A stretch of DNA of 64,000 bases. Source: an uncultured Candidatus Rokubacteria bacterium (lineage in GTDB: Bacteria > Methylomirabilota > Methylomirabilia > Rokubacteriales > CSP1-6). The stretch covers positions 224,001-288,000 of the forward strand of contig CAVYTA010000004.1 of assembly GCA_963771355.1 (NCBI GenBank), in the 5' to 3' direction. Every line of letters starts with the position of its first letter. The first letter of the stretch is position 1. This document shows positions 46,285-55,356 of this stretch, piece after piece. The position numbers and the translations under genes were made by a program. Under the pieces are notes generated by a model. The model ran no database searches. It saw only the letters and a list, made by a program, of their open reading frames with translations, and was not told the DNA's origin.

Positions 46285-47304
46285 CTATTTGCCGGCGGCG
46301 GCGATGGCCGCGTTCAGGCGCCCCATGAACTCCTTGCCGACCTTGGACTCGACGCTGTCGTAGACCGGCTTCATGAGCGCCTGGAACTGCTTGATGTCCT
46401 TCACCTCGTTGATCTGGGTCCCCGCCTTCTTCATGATGTCGAAGTCCGCCTTCTCGCGCTCGACCTCGATCTTGCGATTGGCGTCGCACGCGGCGCGCAT
46501 GGACTCGTCCACCGCCTTCTGCAGATCCGGCGGCAGGGCCTGATACTTCTTGAGGTTGGCGAACCACCCGATGGGCGGGTAGGAGTGCCGGGTGAGCGAG
46601 TAGAACTTGGTCACCTCCTGGAACTTGTCCGCGGTGACGGTGAAGGAGGGTAGCTCCATCCCGTCGATGGTGCCCTGCTTCATGGCGAGGTAGACCTCGA
46701 CGTAGGGCATGGGGACGGGGTTGGCGCCCAGCGCCTTCATGAGCGAGATGTAGGTGGGCGACTCCTGCACGCGTATGGTCTGGCCCTTCATGTCCTCCGG
46801 CGTGAAGATCGCGCGCTTGTTGGACATCATGTTGCGGAAGCCCCAGCCGCCGCCGAAGCAGAAGGCGCGGAGCCCCTTGGCCTCCATCTTCTTGAGCAGC
46901 TCCTGGCCGAGCGGGCCATCCATGACCTTCCAGACCTGCTCGCGGCTCGACCAGAGGAAGGGAAGGTCGAGCGCCTGATAGAGGGGCTCGAACATGCCAC
47001 CGATGGGCGCGGAGCCGATGGGAACGATGTCGATGGTGCCGAGCTGGGCGCCTTCCAGATGCGCGGCCTCGCCCTTGGCGATCGAGTTGCCGAGATGGAG
47101 CTCGATCTTCATCCGGCCCTTGGACTTCTCCTGGAGCGTCTTGTCGAGGACGGCGGCCGCCAGGTTGATCGGACTATCGGGGCCGGTGGGGGTGCCCATC
47201 TTCCAGACCATTGGCGCGGTAGGTGTCGTCTGCGCGGCGGCGGGCGCGACGGCGACGAGCAGGGCCAGGCCGAGACACAGCACGAGGGCGAGCAGTCGCG
47301 TCAT
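46285..47304 (-). CDS. dctP: TRAP transporter substrate-binding protein
   Basis: DLPFL, GFRNM, DMKGQTIRVQ, LGANPVPMPYVEVY. Confidence 0.9.
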   Translation of the reverse strand: MTRLLALVLCLGLALLVAVAPAAAQTTPTAPMVWKMGTPTGPDSPINLAAAVLDKTLQEKSKGRMKIELHLGNSIAKGEAAHLEGAQLGTIDIVPIGSAPIGGMFEPLYQALDLPFLWSSREQVWKVMDGPLGQELLKKMEAKGLRAFCFGGGWGFRNMMSNKRAIFTPEDMKGQTIRVQESPTYISLMKALGANPVPMPYVEVYLAMKQGTIDGMELPSFTVTADKFQEVTKFYSLTRHSYPPIGWFANLKKYQALPPDLQKAVDESMRAACDANRKIEVEREKADFDIMKKAGTQINEVKDIKQFQALMKPVYDSVESKVGKEFMGRLNAAIAAAGK

Positions 47305-47455
47305 CGCGGATTCTCCTTCGGCTGAGCGGGTTCGGATAGTGGAAGCGCGGACCATGGACGTAGGCCACCCTGGTAACACGGGGCTTCGAGACGGTCAAGG
47401 CGCATGCGGTGCGGGGCCCCGGAGTGCGATACCCTCGCGCGCGGGAGGGCCCGAC

Positions 47456-47980
47456 ATGGCTCGGATCGCACGGTGGCTGGCGGCGGCGCTGGTGGCGGCG
47501 GGGTGCATGCATCCGCAGTCCGAGGTCCCCTACGTACAGACGCCCGACGACGTGGCCATCCAGATGCTGCGGCTCGCCGACGTGCGGGCGGAGGACACGG
47601 TCTGGGATCTCGGCTCGGGCGACGGCCGCATCGTCCTCCTGGCCGCCCGCCAGTTCGGCGCCCGGGGCGTGGGGGTCGAGATCGAGCCCCGGCTGGTGAC
47701 GGAGAGCCGCGACAGCGCGCGGAAGCTCAAGGTGGACGACCGCGTGGAGTTCGTCCAGAAGAGCTTCTTCGACGTGGACGTGAGCCCGGCCACCGTGGTG
47801 ACCCTGTATCTCGGGCAGGACCTCAATCTCCGCCTGCGCCCGAAGCTCCAGCGTGAGCTGCGCAAAGGCTCGCGCATCGTCTCCAACGAGTTCGACATGG
47901 GCGAGTGGGCGCCGGACAAGACGGTGATCGTCCGCAGCCGGGAGCGCACCTACCGGCTGATGCTCTGGACGGTGCGCTGA
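47456..47980 (+). CDS. SAM-dependent methyltransferase (lipoprotein)
   Basis: VAAGC lipobox, VPYVQTP, DLGSGDGRI, ATVVTLYL. Confidence 0.88.
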   Translation: MARIARWLAAALVAAGCMHPQSEVPYVQTPDDVAIQMLRLADVRAEDTVWDLGSGDGRIVLLAARQFGARGVGVEIEPRLVTESRDSARKLKVDDRVEFVQKSFFDVDVSPATVVTLYLGQDLNLRLRPKLQRELRKGSRIVSNEFDMGEWAPDKTVIVRSRERTYRLMLWTVR

Positions 47981-47985
47981 GGCGG

Positions 47986-48948
47986 ATGCGCGCTCGCCGT
48001 CGCGCGCTCCTCGCCCTGCTCGCCGTCCTGGGCCTGGCCGTCCCGGCGCCGGCCCAGCCGCCGGCTTCGCTGAAGATCCTCATCCCCGCCGATCCCGGCG
48101 GGAGCTGGGATCAGATGGCTCGCGCGATGGAGCAAGCGCTCCGGATGGAGAAGCTCGTGGCGGGGCCCATCCGGCTGACCAACCGCGGCGGCGGCGACGG
48201 CACCGCGGGGCTCGCCAGGTTCGCCCGGGCCAAGGGGGAGGCCGGCTCCCTCATGGTCATGGGCCAGACGATGATCGCCGCCATCGTCACCGGCGGGTCG
48301 CTCCGTACGCTGGCCTCGGTGACGCCCATCGCGCGGCTCACCTCCGAGCCCGCGGTGATCGTGGTGCCGGCGAGCTCGCCGTTCCGGACGCTCAAGGACT
48401 TGACCGAGAGGCTGAAGAAGGATGCCGACACGGTGTCCATCACCGGCGGCTCGCGCGGCGGCTCCGACCACATCCTCGCCGCGCTCATCGCCGAGTCGCA
48501 GGGCGTGCCCGCCAGCAGGGTCAACTACGTCGCCTACGCCGGCGGCGGCGACGCGGTAGCGGCGCTGCTGGAGGCGCGGGTGGCGGCCGGTATCGGCGGC
48601 TGGGGCGAGCTCCAGGCGCATGTCGGGTCCGGCAAGCTGCGCGCGCTCGCCATTTCGTCGCCGCGGCGGGTGCCCGGGATCAACGCGCCCACCCTCAAGG
48701 AGCAGGGGGTCGCCATCGAGTTCGGCAACTGGCGCGGAGTGGTCGCGCCCGAGGGCGTTTCCGTCGCCGACCGCAAAGCCCTCCTCGACACGATGGAGCG
48801 ACTGGCGAAGTCGGCGACGTGGAAGCAGACCCTCAGAAAGCAGAGCTGGGAGGACGCGTATCTTGCGGGCGCCGCCTTCGGTGAGGCCATTGAGGCCGAG
48901 ACCGCGCGGATCGCCACCGTGCTGCGCGGCCTCGGCGTGGCCCCCTGA
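47986..48948 (+). CDS. Tripartite tricarboxylate transporter substrate-binding protein (TctC/Bug)
   Basis: IPADPGGSWD, NRGGGDG, NWRGVVAP. Confidence 0.88.
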   Translation: MRARRRALLALLAVLGLAVPAPAQPPASLKILIPADPGGSWDQMARAMEQALRMEKLVAGPIRLTNRGGGDGTAGLARFARAKGEAGSLMVMGQTMIAAIVTGGSLRTLASVTPIARLTSEPAVIVVPASSPFRTLKDLTERLKKDADTVSITGGSRGGSDHILAALIAESQGVPASRVNYVAYAGGGDAVAALLEARVAAGIGGWGELQAHVGSGKLRALAISSPRRVPGINAPTLKEQGVAIEFGNWRGVVAPEGVSVADRKALLDTMERLAKSATWKQTLRKQSWEDAYLAGAAFGEAIEAETARIATVLRGLGVAP

Positions 48949-48962
48949 TCCCTCCTCGCACC

Positions 48963-49556
48963 CTATGTGTTGCGACTACTCCGCCGGCCCGCCTGAGCGG
49001 ACTCCGTCGGGGACGACCGCGGATCGCCCACCGCGAGGACCTTGTCGCTCTGCTCTTTCCTGAAGCGGTGGAGGGCGTCGCGCAACCGCCGGTCGTGGGC
49101 GGCGAGGATGGCCACCGCGAAGAGCGCGGCATTGGTGGCGCCGGCGCGGCCGATAGCGAAGGTGGCCACCGGGATGCCGGCGGGCATCTGCACGGTGGAC
49201 AGGAGCGAGTCCATGCCCTTGAGCGCCGCCGACTCCATCGGCACGCCCAGCACGGGGAGCACCGTCTTGGCCGCGGTGACGCCGGCCAGATGGGCGGCCC
49301 CGCCGGCGGCGGCGATGATGACCGCGAGGCCGCGCGCCTCCGCGGTGGACGCCCACTCGAGCAGCGCGTCGGGCGTGCGGTGCGCGGAGAGGACCCGGAC
49401 CTCGAAGGGCACCGCGAAGGAGTCGAGTGTCTCCGCCGCGTGGGCCATCGTCTCCCAGTCCGAGCGCGAGCCCATCACGACGCCGACCACGGATTTCGTG
49501 GGGGGCTTCTTGGGGGTTTTCGTGGAGGGGTTCGGAGGGTTCGCGGGGGGTTTCAT
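48963..49556 (-). CDS. purE: N5-carboxyaminoimidazole ribonucleotide mutase
   Basis: [32 protein letters not shown]. Confidence 0.95.
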   Translation of the reverse strand: MKPPANPPNPSTKTPKKPPTKSVVGVVMGSRSDWETMAHAAETLDSFAVPFEVRVLSAHRTPDALLEWASTAEARGLAVIIAAAGGAAHLAGVTAAKTVLPVLGVPMESAALKGMDSLLSTVQMPAGIPVATFAIGRAGATNAALFAVAILAAHDRRLRDALHRFRKEQSDKVLAVGDPRSSPTESAQAGRRSSRNT

Positions 49557-49564
49557 GAGGAGGA

Positions 49565-49603
49565 ATTGTAGCAGGGCCGACGCGGAGTTGGCAGTGATAT
49601 ACT
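49565..49603. promoter_or_regulatory. Divergent extended -10 promoters for purE and nuo
   Basis: TGcTACAAT on the - strand (49573-49565); TGaTATACT on the + strand (49595-49603). Confidence 0.55.
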
Positions 49604-49636
49604 CGCGTCGATGTATCAATTCCTCCGGAGGTTTCC

Positions 49637-49990
49637 GTGAGCGGGTATCTGCCCGTTGTCATCTATCTGGCGCTCATCGTCGCGTTCGGCGTGGTGTCGC
49701 TCGGGATGGCCATGATCCTTCGTCCCGCCCGGCCCACCGTGACCAAGCTCGAGAACTACGAGTGCGGCGCGGAGCCCATCGGCCAGGCCTGGGTGCAGTT
49801 CCCGGTGGGCTTCTATCTGGTGGCGCTGATCTTCATCGTCTTCGACGCCCTCGCGGTCTTCCTCTTCCCGTGGGCGCTCTCGCTCCGCGGGCTGGGGCTG
49901 CCCGCCGTCGGGGCCATGGCGATCTTTCTCGGCTTCCTGTCGCTCGGCTGGCTCTACGCGCTCAGGGAGGGCATCCTGGAGTGGAAGTGA
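49637..49990 (+). CDS. nuoA: NADH-quinone oxidoreductase subunit A
   Basis: [29 protein letters not shown]. Confidence 0.95.
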   Translation: MSGYLPVVIYLALIVAFGVVSLGMAMILRPARPTVTKLENYECGAEPIGQAWVQFPVGFYLVALIFIVFDALAVFLFPWALSLRGLGLPAVGAMAIFLGFLSLGWLYALREGILEWK

Positions 49991-50619
49991 AGGGACCTGT
50001 CCCGCAGATTCCCCCCGCGGTGTGGACCGAGTTCAAGGATCTGCAGGAGTGGGAGAAGTATCATCAGTCGCGGCCCGAGGGTGACAAGCACTCCGCGCTC
50101 TTCGAGGCGATCACCGACGGCATCCACCATTTCCCCGGTGGCTTCCTCGTCACCACGGTGGCGGACGGGTTTCTCAACTGGGCCCGCAAGTCCTCCGTCT
50201 GGCCGGTGACGTTCGGCCTCGCCTGCTGCGCCATCGAGATGATGGCCACCTTCGCCTCGCGCTTCGATGTGGAGCGCCTGGGCATGGTGCCGTGGGCCTC
50301 GCCGCGCCACTCCGACCTCATGATCGTGTCGGGCACGGTGACGATCAAGATGGCGCCCATGCTCAAGCGCATCTACGACCAGATGCCCGATCCCAAGTGG
50401 GTGGTGTCCATGGGCTCGTGCGCCAACTCGGGGGGCCCCTTCCGGCACGGCTATCACGTGGTGAAGGGCGTGGATCGCGTGGTGCCGGTGGACGTCTACG
50501 TACCGGGCTGCCCGCCGCCGCCGGAGTCCCTGCTCAACGGGCTCCTGATCCTCCAGGACCAGATCTCGCACTTCCGCCAGTCGGGGAAGCGCCCCGCCCC
50601 CACGGCGAAGATCGACTGA
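49987..50619 (+). CDS. nuoB: NADH-quinone oxidoreductase subunit B
   Basis: [22 protein letters not shown]. Confidence 0.95.
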   Translation: MKGPVPQIPPAVWTEFKDLQEWEKYHQSRPEGDKHSALFEAITDGIHHFPGGFLVTTVADGFLNWARKSSVWPVTFGLACCAIEMMATFASRFDVERLGMVPWASPRHSDLMIVSGTVTIKMAPMLKRIYDQMPDPKWVVSMGSCANSGGPFRHGYHVVKGVDRVVPVDVYVPGCPPPPESLLNGLLILQDQISHFRQSGKRPAPTAKID

Positions 50620-50621
50620 GC

Positions 50622-51074
50622 GTGACGCCCGACCAGGCCCGCGCGGTGATCCAGGAGAAGCTCGGCGTGGCGGCGACCGGCGAGGGCCCCGCCCTCGCGG
50701 TGACGGTGCCCGCCGGGCAGTGGCTCACCGCCGCCCGCCTGGCCCGCGAGGCCCTCGGCTGCGTCTACTTCAACTTCTGCAGCGCGGTGGACTGGAAGGA
50801 GGAGGGGCTCGAGGTGCTGGCGCGCGTGGAGAATCTCGACGCGCCCTTCGCGCTCACCCTCCGGACCCGGCTCGGCGCCGGCGTCACCGCGTGCCCGTCC
50901 CTGACCTCCCTCTGGCGCGGGGCGGACTGGATGGAGCGCGAGTGCTACGACATGTTCGGGATCCGCTTCGAGGGCCATCCGGATCTCCGGCGCATCCTCC
51001 TTCCCCAGGACTGGGAGGGGCATCCGCTGCTGAAGTCCTACGCGGTGGACACACCGCATCCGCCCTATCGGTGA
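50622..51074 (+). CDS. nuoC: NADH-quinone oxidoreductase subunit C
   Basis: ADWMERECYDMFGIRFEGHPDLRRILL..WEGHPL. Confidence 0.95.
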   Translation: MTPDQARAVIQEKLGVAATGEGPALAVTVPAGQWLTAARLAREALGCVYFNFCSAVDWKEEGLEVLARVENLDAPFALTLRTRLGAGVTACPSLTSLWRGADWMERECYDMFGIRFEGHPDLRRILLPQDWEGHPLLKSYAVDTPHPPYR

Positions 51075-51087
51075 GGGAGGCGAGGCC

Positions 51088-51723
51088 ATGATCCACGAGC
51101 TCCGGACCTACACGCTGCAGCCGGGCGCCCAGGCGAAGTATCTCCAGCTCTCCGGTGAGGTTGGCCGCAAGATCCGCGGCGACCGGTTCGGCAAGCAGGA
51201 GGGGTTCTGGTTCACCGAGTTCGGCACGCTGAACCAGCTGGTGCATCTCTGGAGCTTTCCCGACCTCAACGAGCGGGAGCGGCTGCGGGGCCTCCTGGCC
51301 AAGGACGACGCGTGGAACAAGGAGTACATCCCGCAGGTCCGGCCCCTGATGCTGGCGCAGGAGAACAAGATCATGTCTCCGGTACTGCCGCTCAATCCCA
51401 CCCCCGATCCCGGCTGGGTCTACGAGCTGCGCTGGTACCGTACCCACGTGGGTCGCGCCAAGGAGTGGCTCGACCACTTCACGGCGGTCATGCCCACGCG
51501 GGAGAAGCACATGCATCGGGTCGGCCTCTGGCAGACCGAGATCGCCCAGCTCAACGAGGTCGTGCACATGTGGGCGTTCCGCGACCTCAAGGAGCGCGCG
51601 GAAGCGCGCGGACGCCTGGCCAAGGAGCCGGCCTGGCAGGACTTCCTCGCCAAGTCCATCTCCTGCCTCGCTCACATGCAGGCCATCGTGCTCATGCCCG
51701 CCCCGTTCTCTGTCATGCGCTAA
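51088..51723 (+). CDS. NIPSNAP family protein (tandem domains)
   Basis: IHELRTYTL and VYELRWY repeats; GTLNQLVHLW and LNEVVHMW. Confidence 0.9.
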   Translation: MIHELRTYTLQPGAQAKYLQLSGEVGRKIRGDRFGKQEGFWFTEFGTLNQLVHLWSFPDLNERERLRGLLAKDDAWNKEYIPQVRPLMLAQENKIMSPVLPLNPTPDPGWVYELRWYRTHVGRAKEWLDHFTAVMPTREKHMHRVGLWQTEIAQLNEVVHMWAFRDLKERAEARGRLAKEPAWQDFLAKSISCLAHMQAIVLMPAPFSVMR

Positions 51724-51741
51724 GCCCGGCCGCGACTCGCC

Positions 51742-52906
51742 ATGACCGACCCCGAAGCGCGCAAAGTCATCGAGATGGGCTACGGCGGCAGCGAGCGGCT
51801 CACCATGAACATGGGGCCGCAGCACCCGTCCGCCCACGGGGTCTTCCGCGCCATCCTCACCCTCGAGGGCGAGACGGTGGCGGCGGTGGATGCGGTGATC
51901 GGCTACCTCCACCGCTGCCACGAGAAGCTCGGGGAGAGCCTGACCTACACCCAGTACCCCTCCATCGCGTCGAAGACCGACTACGTGGCGGCGATGACCA
52001 GCGAGCTCGCCTACGTGCGCGCGGCGGAGATCATCGGCAAGTTCGAGGTGCCCAAGCGCGCCCAGTACCTGCGCGTGCTGGTGGCGGAGCTCCAGCGCGT
52101 GGCCTCGCACTGTCTCTGGCTGGGCACCTGGTGCCTGGACATGGGCGGCGCGCTCGGCGGCGGCGCCACCGTGTTCCTCTACTGCATCCGCGAGCGCGAG
52201 GCGGTGCTCGACCTCTTCGAGTCGCTGGTCGGGCGCGCGCCTCCTCTACGGCTTCCACCAGGTGGGCGGCACCCGCTACGATTTACCAAGCGGTTGGGCA
52301 GACGCGTGTCGTCGGACGGTGGCCCTCATCGACAAGCGGGTGGACGAGTACGAGGACATGCTCGAGGGAAACCCCTTCTTCCTCGCGCGCACCCAGGGGG
52401 TGGGGGTGATCTCGCGCACGCTCGCGCAGGAGGTCGGCATCTCCGGTCCCCTCATCCGCGGCTCCGGGGTGAACTACGACATCCGCCGGATGGAGCCCTA
52501 CTCGTCCTACGAAGATTTCGACTTCAAGGTACCGGTGGAGACGGCGGGTGACTGCTACGCGCGCTACCGGGTCCGGATGCAGGAGTTCCGCGAGTCTCTC
52601 AAGATCGTCCGCCAGGCCCTGGACGGACTGCCGGACGGGCCCATCTCCTCACGGCCGGGCGTCAAGTCGGTGGGGCAGGTGCGCGTCCCCAAGGGGGAGG
52701 GCTACGCCCGGGTGGAGGGCGCGCGGGGTGAGGTCGGCTGCTATCTCATCGCCGACGGCAGCGCCAAGCCCTATCGCATGAAGTGGCGGGGCGCCTCCTT
52801 CTCCAACCTCTCGGTCCTCCCCCACATCATTCCCGGCCACAAGGTCGCCGACGTGGTGGCGATCATGGGCTCGGTGGACCCCGTGTTCGGAGAAGTCGAT
52901 CGATGA
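51742..52906 (+). CDS. nuoD: NADH-quinone oxidoreductase subunit D, frameshifted near 52232
   Basis: NMGPQHPSAHGV, IGYLHR, then GDCYARY and DPVFGEVDR in a second frame. Confidence 0.92.
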
Positions 52907-52961
52907 CGCCAGAGGCGTCATCGATGAGGGGGAGAGCGGGGGCCATTTCGAGGCCCCCGCT
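52899..52961. repeat. Two adjacent palindromes (REP-like)
   Basis: ATCGATGACGCC-aga-GGCGTCATCGAT and AGCGGGGGCC-atttcga-GGCCCCCGCT. Confidence 0.7.
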
Positions 52962-52984
52962 GATGGTGATCAGAGCGGGTCGCC

Positions 52985-53986
52985 ATGCCTGACGCACTGT
53001 ACGGGGCCATCGTCGCCTTCACCGTGCTCAACGCGGTGATCGGCATGGTCACCTACGTGACGCTGCTCGAGCGCAAGTTCGCGGCGCGCATGCAGTCGCG
53101 CATCGGGCCCTATCGCGTCGGCCCGCACGGCCTGCTCCAGCCCATCGCCGACGCGCTCAAGCTGATGATGAAGGAAGACGTGGTACCGGCCCTGGCCGAC
53201 CGCGGCGTCTACAACCTCGCCCCCATCGTCTTCCTGATCCCCTGCATGCTGATCTTCGCCACCATTCCCTTCGCGCCCGGACTGGGGGTGGCCGACCTCA
53301 ATATCGGCATCCTCTTCTTCCTCGCGGTGTCCGCGATGGAGATCGTGGGCCTGTTCATGGCGGGCTGGGGCTCGAACAACAAGTACGCGCTGCTCTCCGC
53401 GATGCGGGCGGTGAACCAGATCATCTCCTACGACCTGCCCTTCATCTTCGTGGCCCTGGTGCCGGTGATCCTCACCGGCTCGCTCCGCCTGGGGGACATC
53501 GCGGCGGCGCAGTCGGGCTTCTCGCCCTGGCTGCTGCCGAACTGGTTCATCTTCTACCCCCTCATCGGCCAGCTCGCCTTCCTCGCCTATATCGTCACCA
53601 CGCTGGCCGCCGAGAACCGCGTGCCCTTCGACATCCTGGAGGCGGAGTCGGAGCTGGTGGCGGGCTTCCGCGTCGAGTACTCGGGCATGAAGTTCGCCCT
53701 CATCCAGCTCGGCGAGTACGCGCACATGATCGCCACCTCGTTCCTGGGCGCGCTCCTCTTCCTGGGCGCCTGGTCCGGCCCGGGGCCGGAGGCGCTGGGC
53801 CCCCTCTGGTTCCTCCTCAAGGCGATGGGCATCTTCCTGCTCGTCACCTGGGTGCGCTGGAGCTTCGTCCGCATTCGCGTGGACCAGATCCTGCAGATCT
53901 CGTGGAAGATCATGATGCCCGCCACGCTGCTGCTGCTCATGGCGACGGCGGTGTGGGTGGCGTGGAGGAGCGGCGGTGGCGCCTGA
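52985..53986 (+). CDS. nuoH: NADH-quinone oxidoreductase subunit H
   Basis: ERK..ARMQ.RIGP, GLLQPIADALKL, RVPFDILEAESELVAG. Confidence 0.95.
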   Translation: MPDALYGAIVAFTVLNAVIGMVTYVTLLERKFAARMQSRIGPYRVGPHGLLQPIADALKLMMKEDVVPALADRGVYNLAPIVFLIPCMLIFATIPFAPGLGVADLNIGILFFLAVSAMEIVGLFMAGWGSNNKYALLSAMRAVNQIISYDLPFIFVALVPVILTGSLRLGDIAAAQSGFSPWLLPNWFIFYPLIGQLAFLAYIVTTLAAENRVPFDILEAESELVAGFRVEYSGMKFALIQLGEYAHMIATSFLGALLFLGAWSGPGPEALGPLWFLLKAMGIFLLVTWVRWSFVRIRVDQILQISWKIMMPATLLLLMATAVWVAWRSGGGA

Positions 53987-54539
53987 GGGGTCTCCGCGCG
54001 GTTTCCTGGGTGAAGTCGGCAATCTCTGCCGCGCGGTGTTCCGCGCCATGGGGAGCACCTTCATCAACTTCCTCCGGAAACCGGTCACGGTGCACTACCC
54101 CACCGTCACCCGCGACTACCCGGACCGGTTTCGCGGCGTGCTCGCGCTCACCTACGATCCGCAGACGGGCGAGGAGAACTGCATCGGCTGCCGGCTCTGC
54201 GAGTACATCTGCCCGCCCCAGGTCATCAAGGTGGAGATGCTCAAGGCGGAGAAGCGCAACTTCGCCAAGATCTTCACCCTCGAGCTGTACGCCTGCGAGT
54301 TCTGCGAGCTCTGCGTGCAGGTGTGCCCGACGGACGCCATCATCATGATGAAGTCGTTCGACGTGGCCACCGCGGACCGGCGGGAGCTCCTCTTCGACAA
54401 GGATCGCCTCCATGCCGTTGGGCTACAGTTCGCCCCTTCCTGGGCCACCGGCAACCTCCTGCGCGACATGCAGTCGCCGCCCAAGGCGGCCAAGACGGCC
54501 GAGGTGACCCCCGGCAAGGCGGCGGGGACCGCGGAGTGA
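53976..54539 (+). CDS. nuoI: NADH-quinone oxidoreductase subunit I
   Basis: CIGCRLCEYICP and CEFCELCVQVCP 2x[4Fe-4S] motifs. Confidence 0.95.
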   Translation: MAPEGSPRGFLGEVGNLCRAVFRAMGSTFINFLRKPVTVHYPTVTRDYPDRFRGVLALTYDPQTGEENCIGCRLCEYICPPQVIKVEMLKAEKRNFAKIFTLELYACEFCELCVQVCPTDAIIMMKSFDVATADRRELLFDKDRLHAVGLQFAPSWATGNLLRDMQSPPKAAKTAEVTPGKAAGTAE

Positions 54540-55030
54540 GCCTGGAGCCGATAGCCTTCGGGGCCCTGGCGGTGCTGCTGGTGGCCTCGGCCCTCGCCGT
54601 CGTCCTCACCAAGAATCTCTTCCACTCGGTCCTCTGGCTCGCCCTCACCCTCACCGGGACCGCGGGGATCTTCCTCACCCTCGACGCGGAGTTTCTCGCC
54701 GCCGTCCAGCTCCTCCTCTACGCGGGCGGGGTGGTGACCATCGCCGTCTTCGCGATCGTGGTGACGGAGCGGCTGGTGGGCGACCGCATCACCCAGACCA
54801 GCCGGCAGATCTTCAGCGGGCTCATCATCGCGGGCGCGGTGCTGGTGGGGCTCTTGACCTTCATCCTGCGGGCGCCGCTGACGCGGCCGCGGCCGCCCTT
54901 GGCGGGCGACCTCACGCGCGCCATCGGGGACGCGGTGCTGACGCGCTTCGTGCTCTCCTTCGAGCTGCTGGGCATGCTCTTCCTCGCCGCCCTGCTCGGC
55001 GCCCTCTACTTCGCGCGCCCGGACGACTAG
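54536..55030 (+). CDS. nuoJ: NADH-quinone oxidoreductase subunit J
   Basis: AEFLAAVQLLLYAGG, SFEL. Confidence 0.93.
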   Translation: MSLEPIAFGALAVLLVASALAVVLTKNLFHSVLWLALTLTGTAGIFLTLDAEFLAAVQLLLYAGGVVTIAVFAIVVTERLVGDRITQTSRQIFSGLIIAGAVLVGLLTFILRAPLTRPRPPLAGDLTRAIGDAVLTRFVLSFELLGMLFLAALLGALYFARPDD

Positions 55031-55034
55031 CGCC

Positions 55035-55346
55035 ATGCCCGCCTCGGTCTCGCTCCAGGGCTATCTCATCCTCGCCGCGGTGCTCTTCGCGATCGGGCTC
55101 TTCGGCGTGGTCACGCGCCGGAACACCATCGGCATCCTCCTCGGCATCGAGCTCATGCTCAACGCCGTCAACATCAACCTGGTCGCCTTCGCCCGCTTCA
55201 ACGGCGACACCGTGGGGATGGTGTTCACGCTGTTCACGATCTCCATCACGGTGGCGGAGGTCGCGCTGGGCCTGGCCCTGGTGATCCTCATCTTCCGGGT
55301 GCGCCGTACCGCCATCGCCGACCATCTCGACCTCCTCAGGGGATGA
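55035..55346 (+). CDS. nuoK: NADH-quinone oxidoreductase subunit K
   Basis: RRN.I..LLGIELMLNA, AEVALGLA. Confidence 0.95.
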   Translation: MPASVSLQGYLILAAVLFAIGLFGVVTRRNTIGILLGIELMLNAVNINLVAFARFNGDTVGMVFTLFTISITVAEVALGLALVILIFRVRRTAIADHLDLLRG

Positions 55347-55356
55347 CGCCCGCGCC

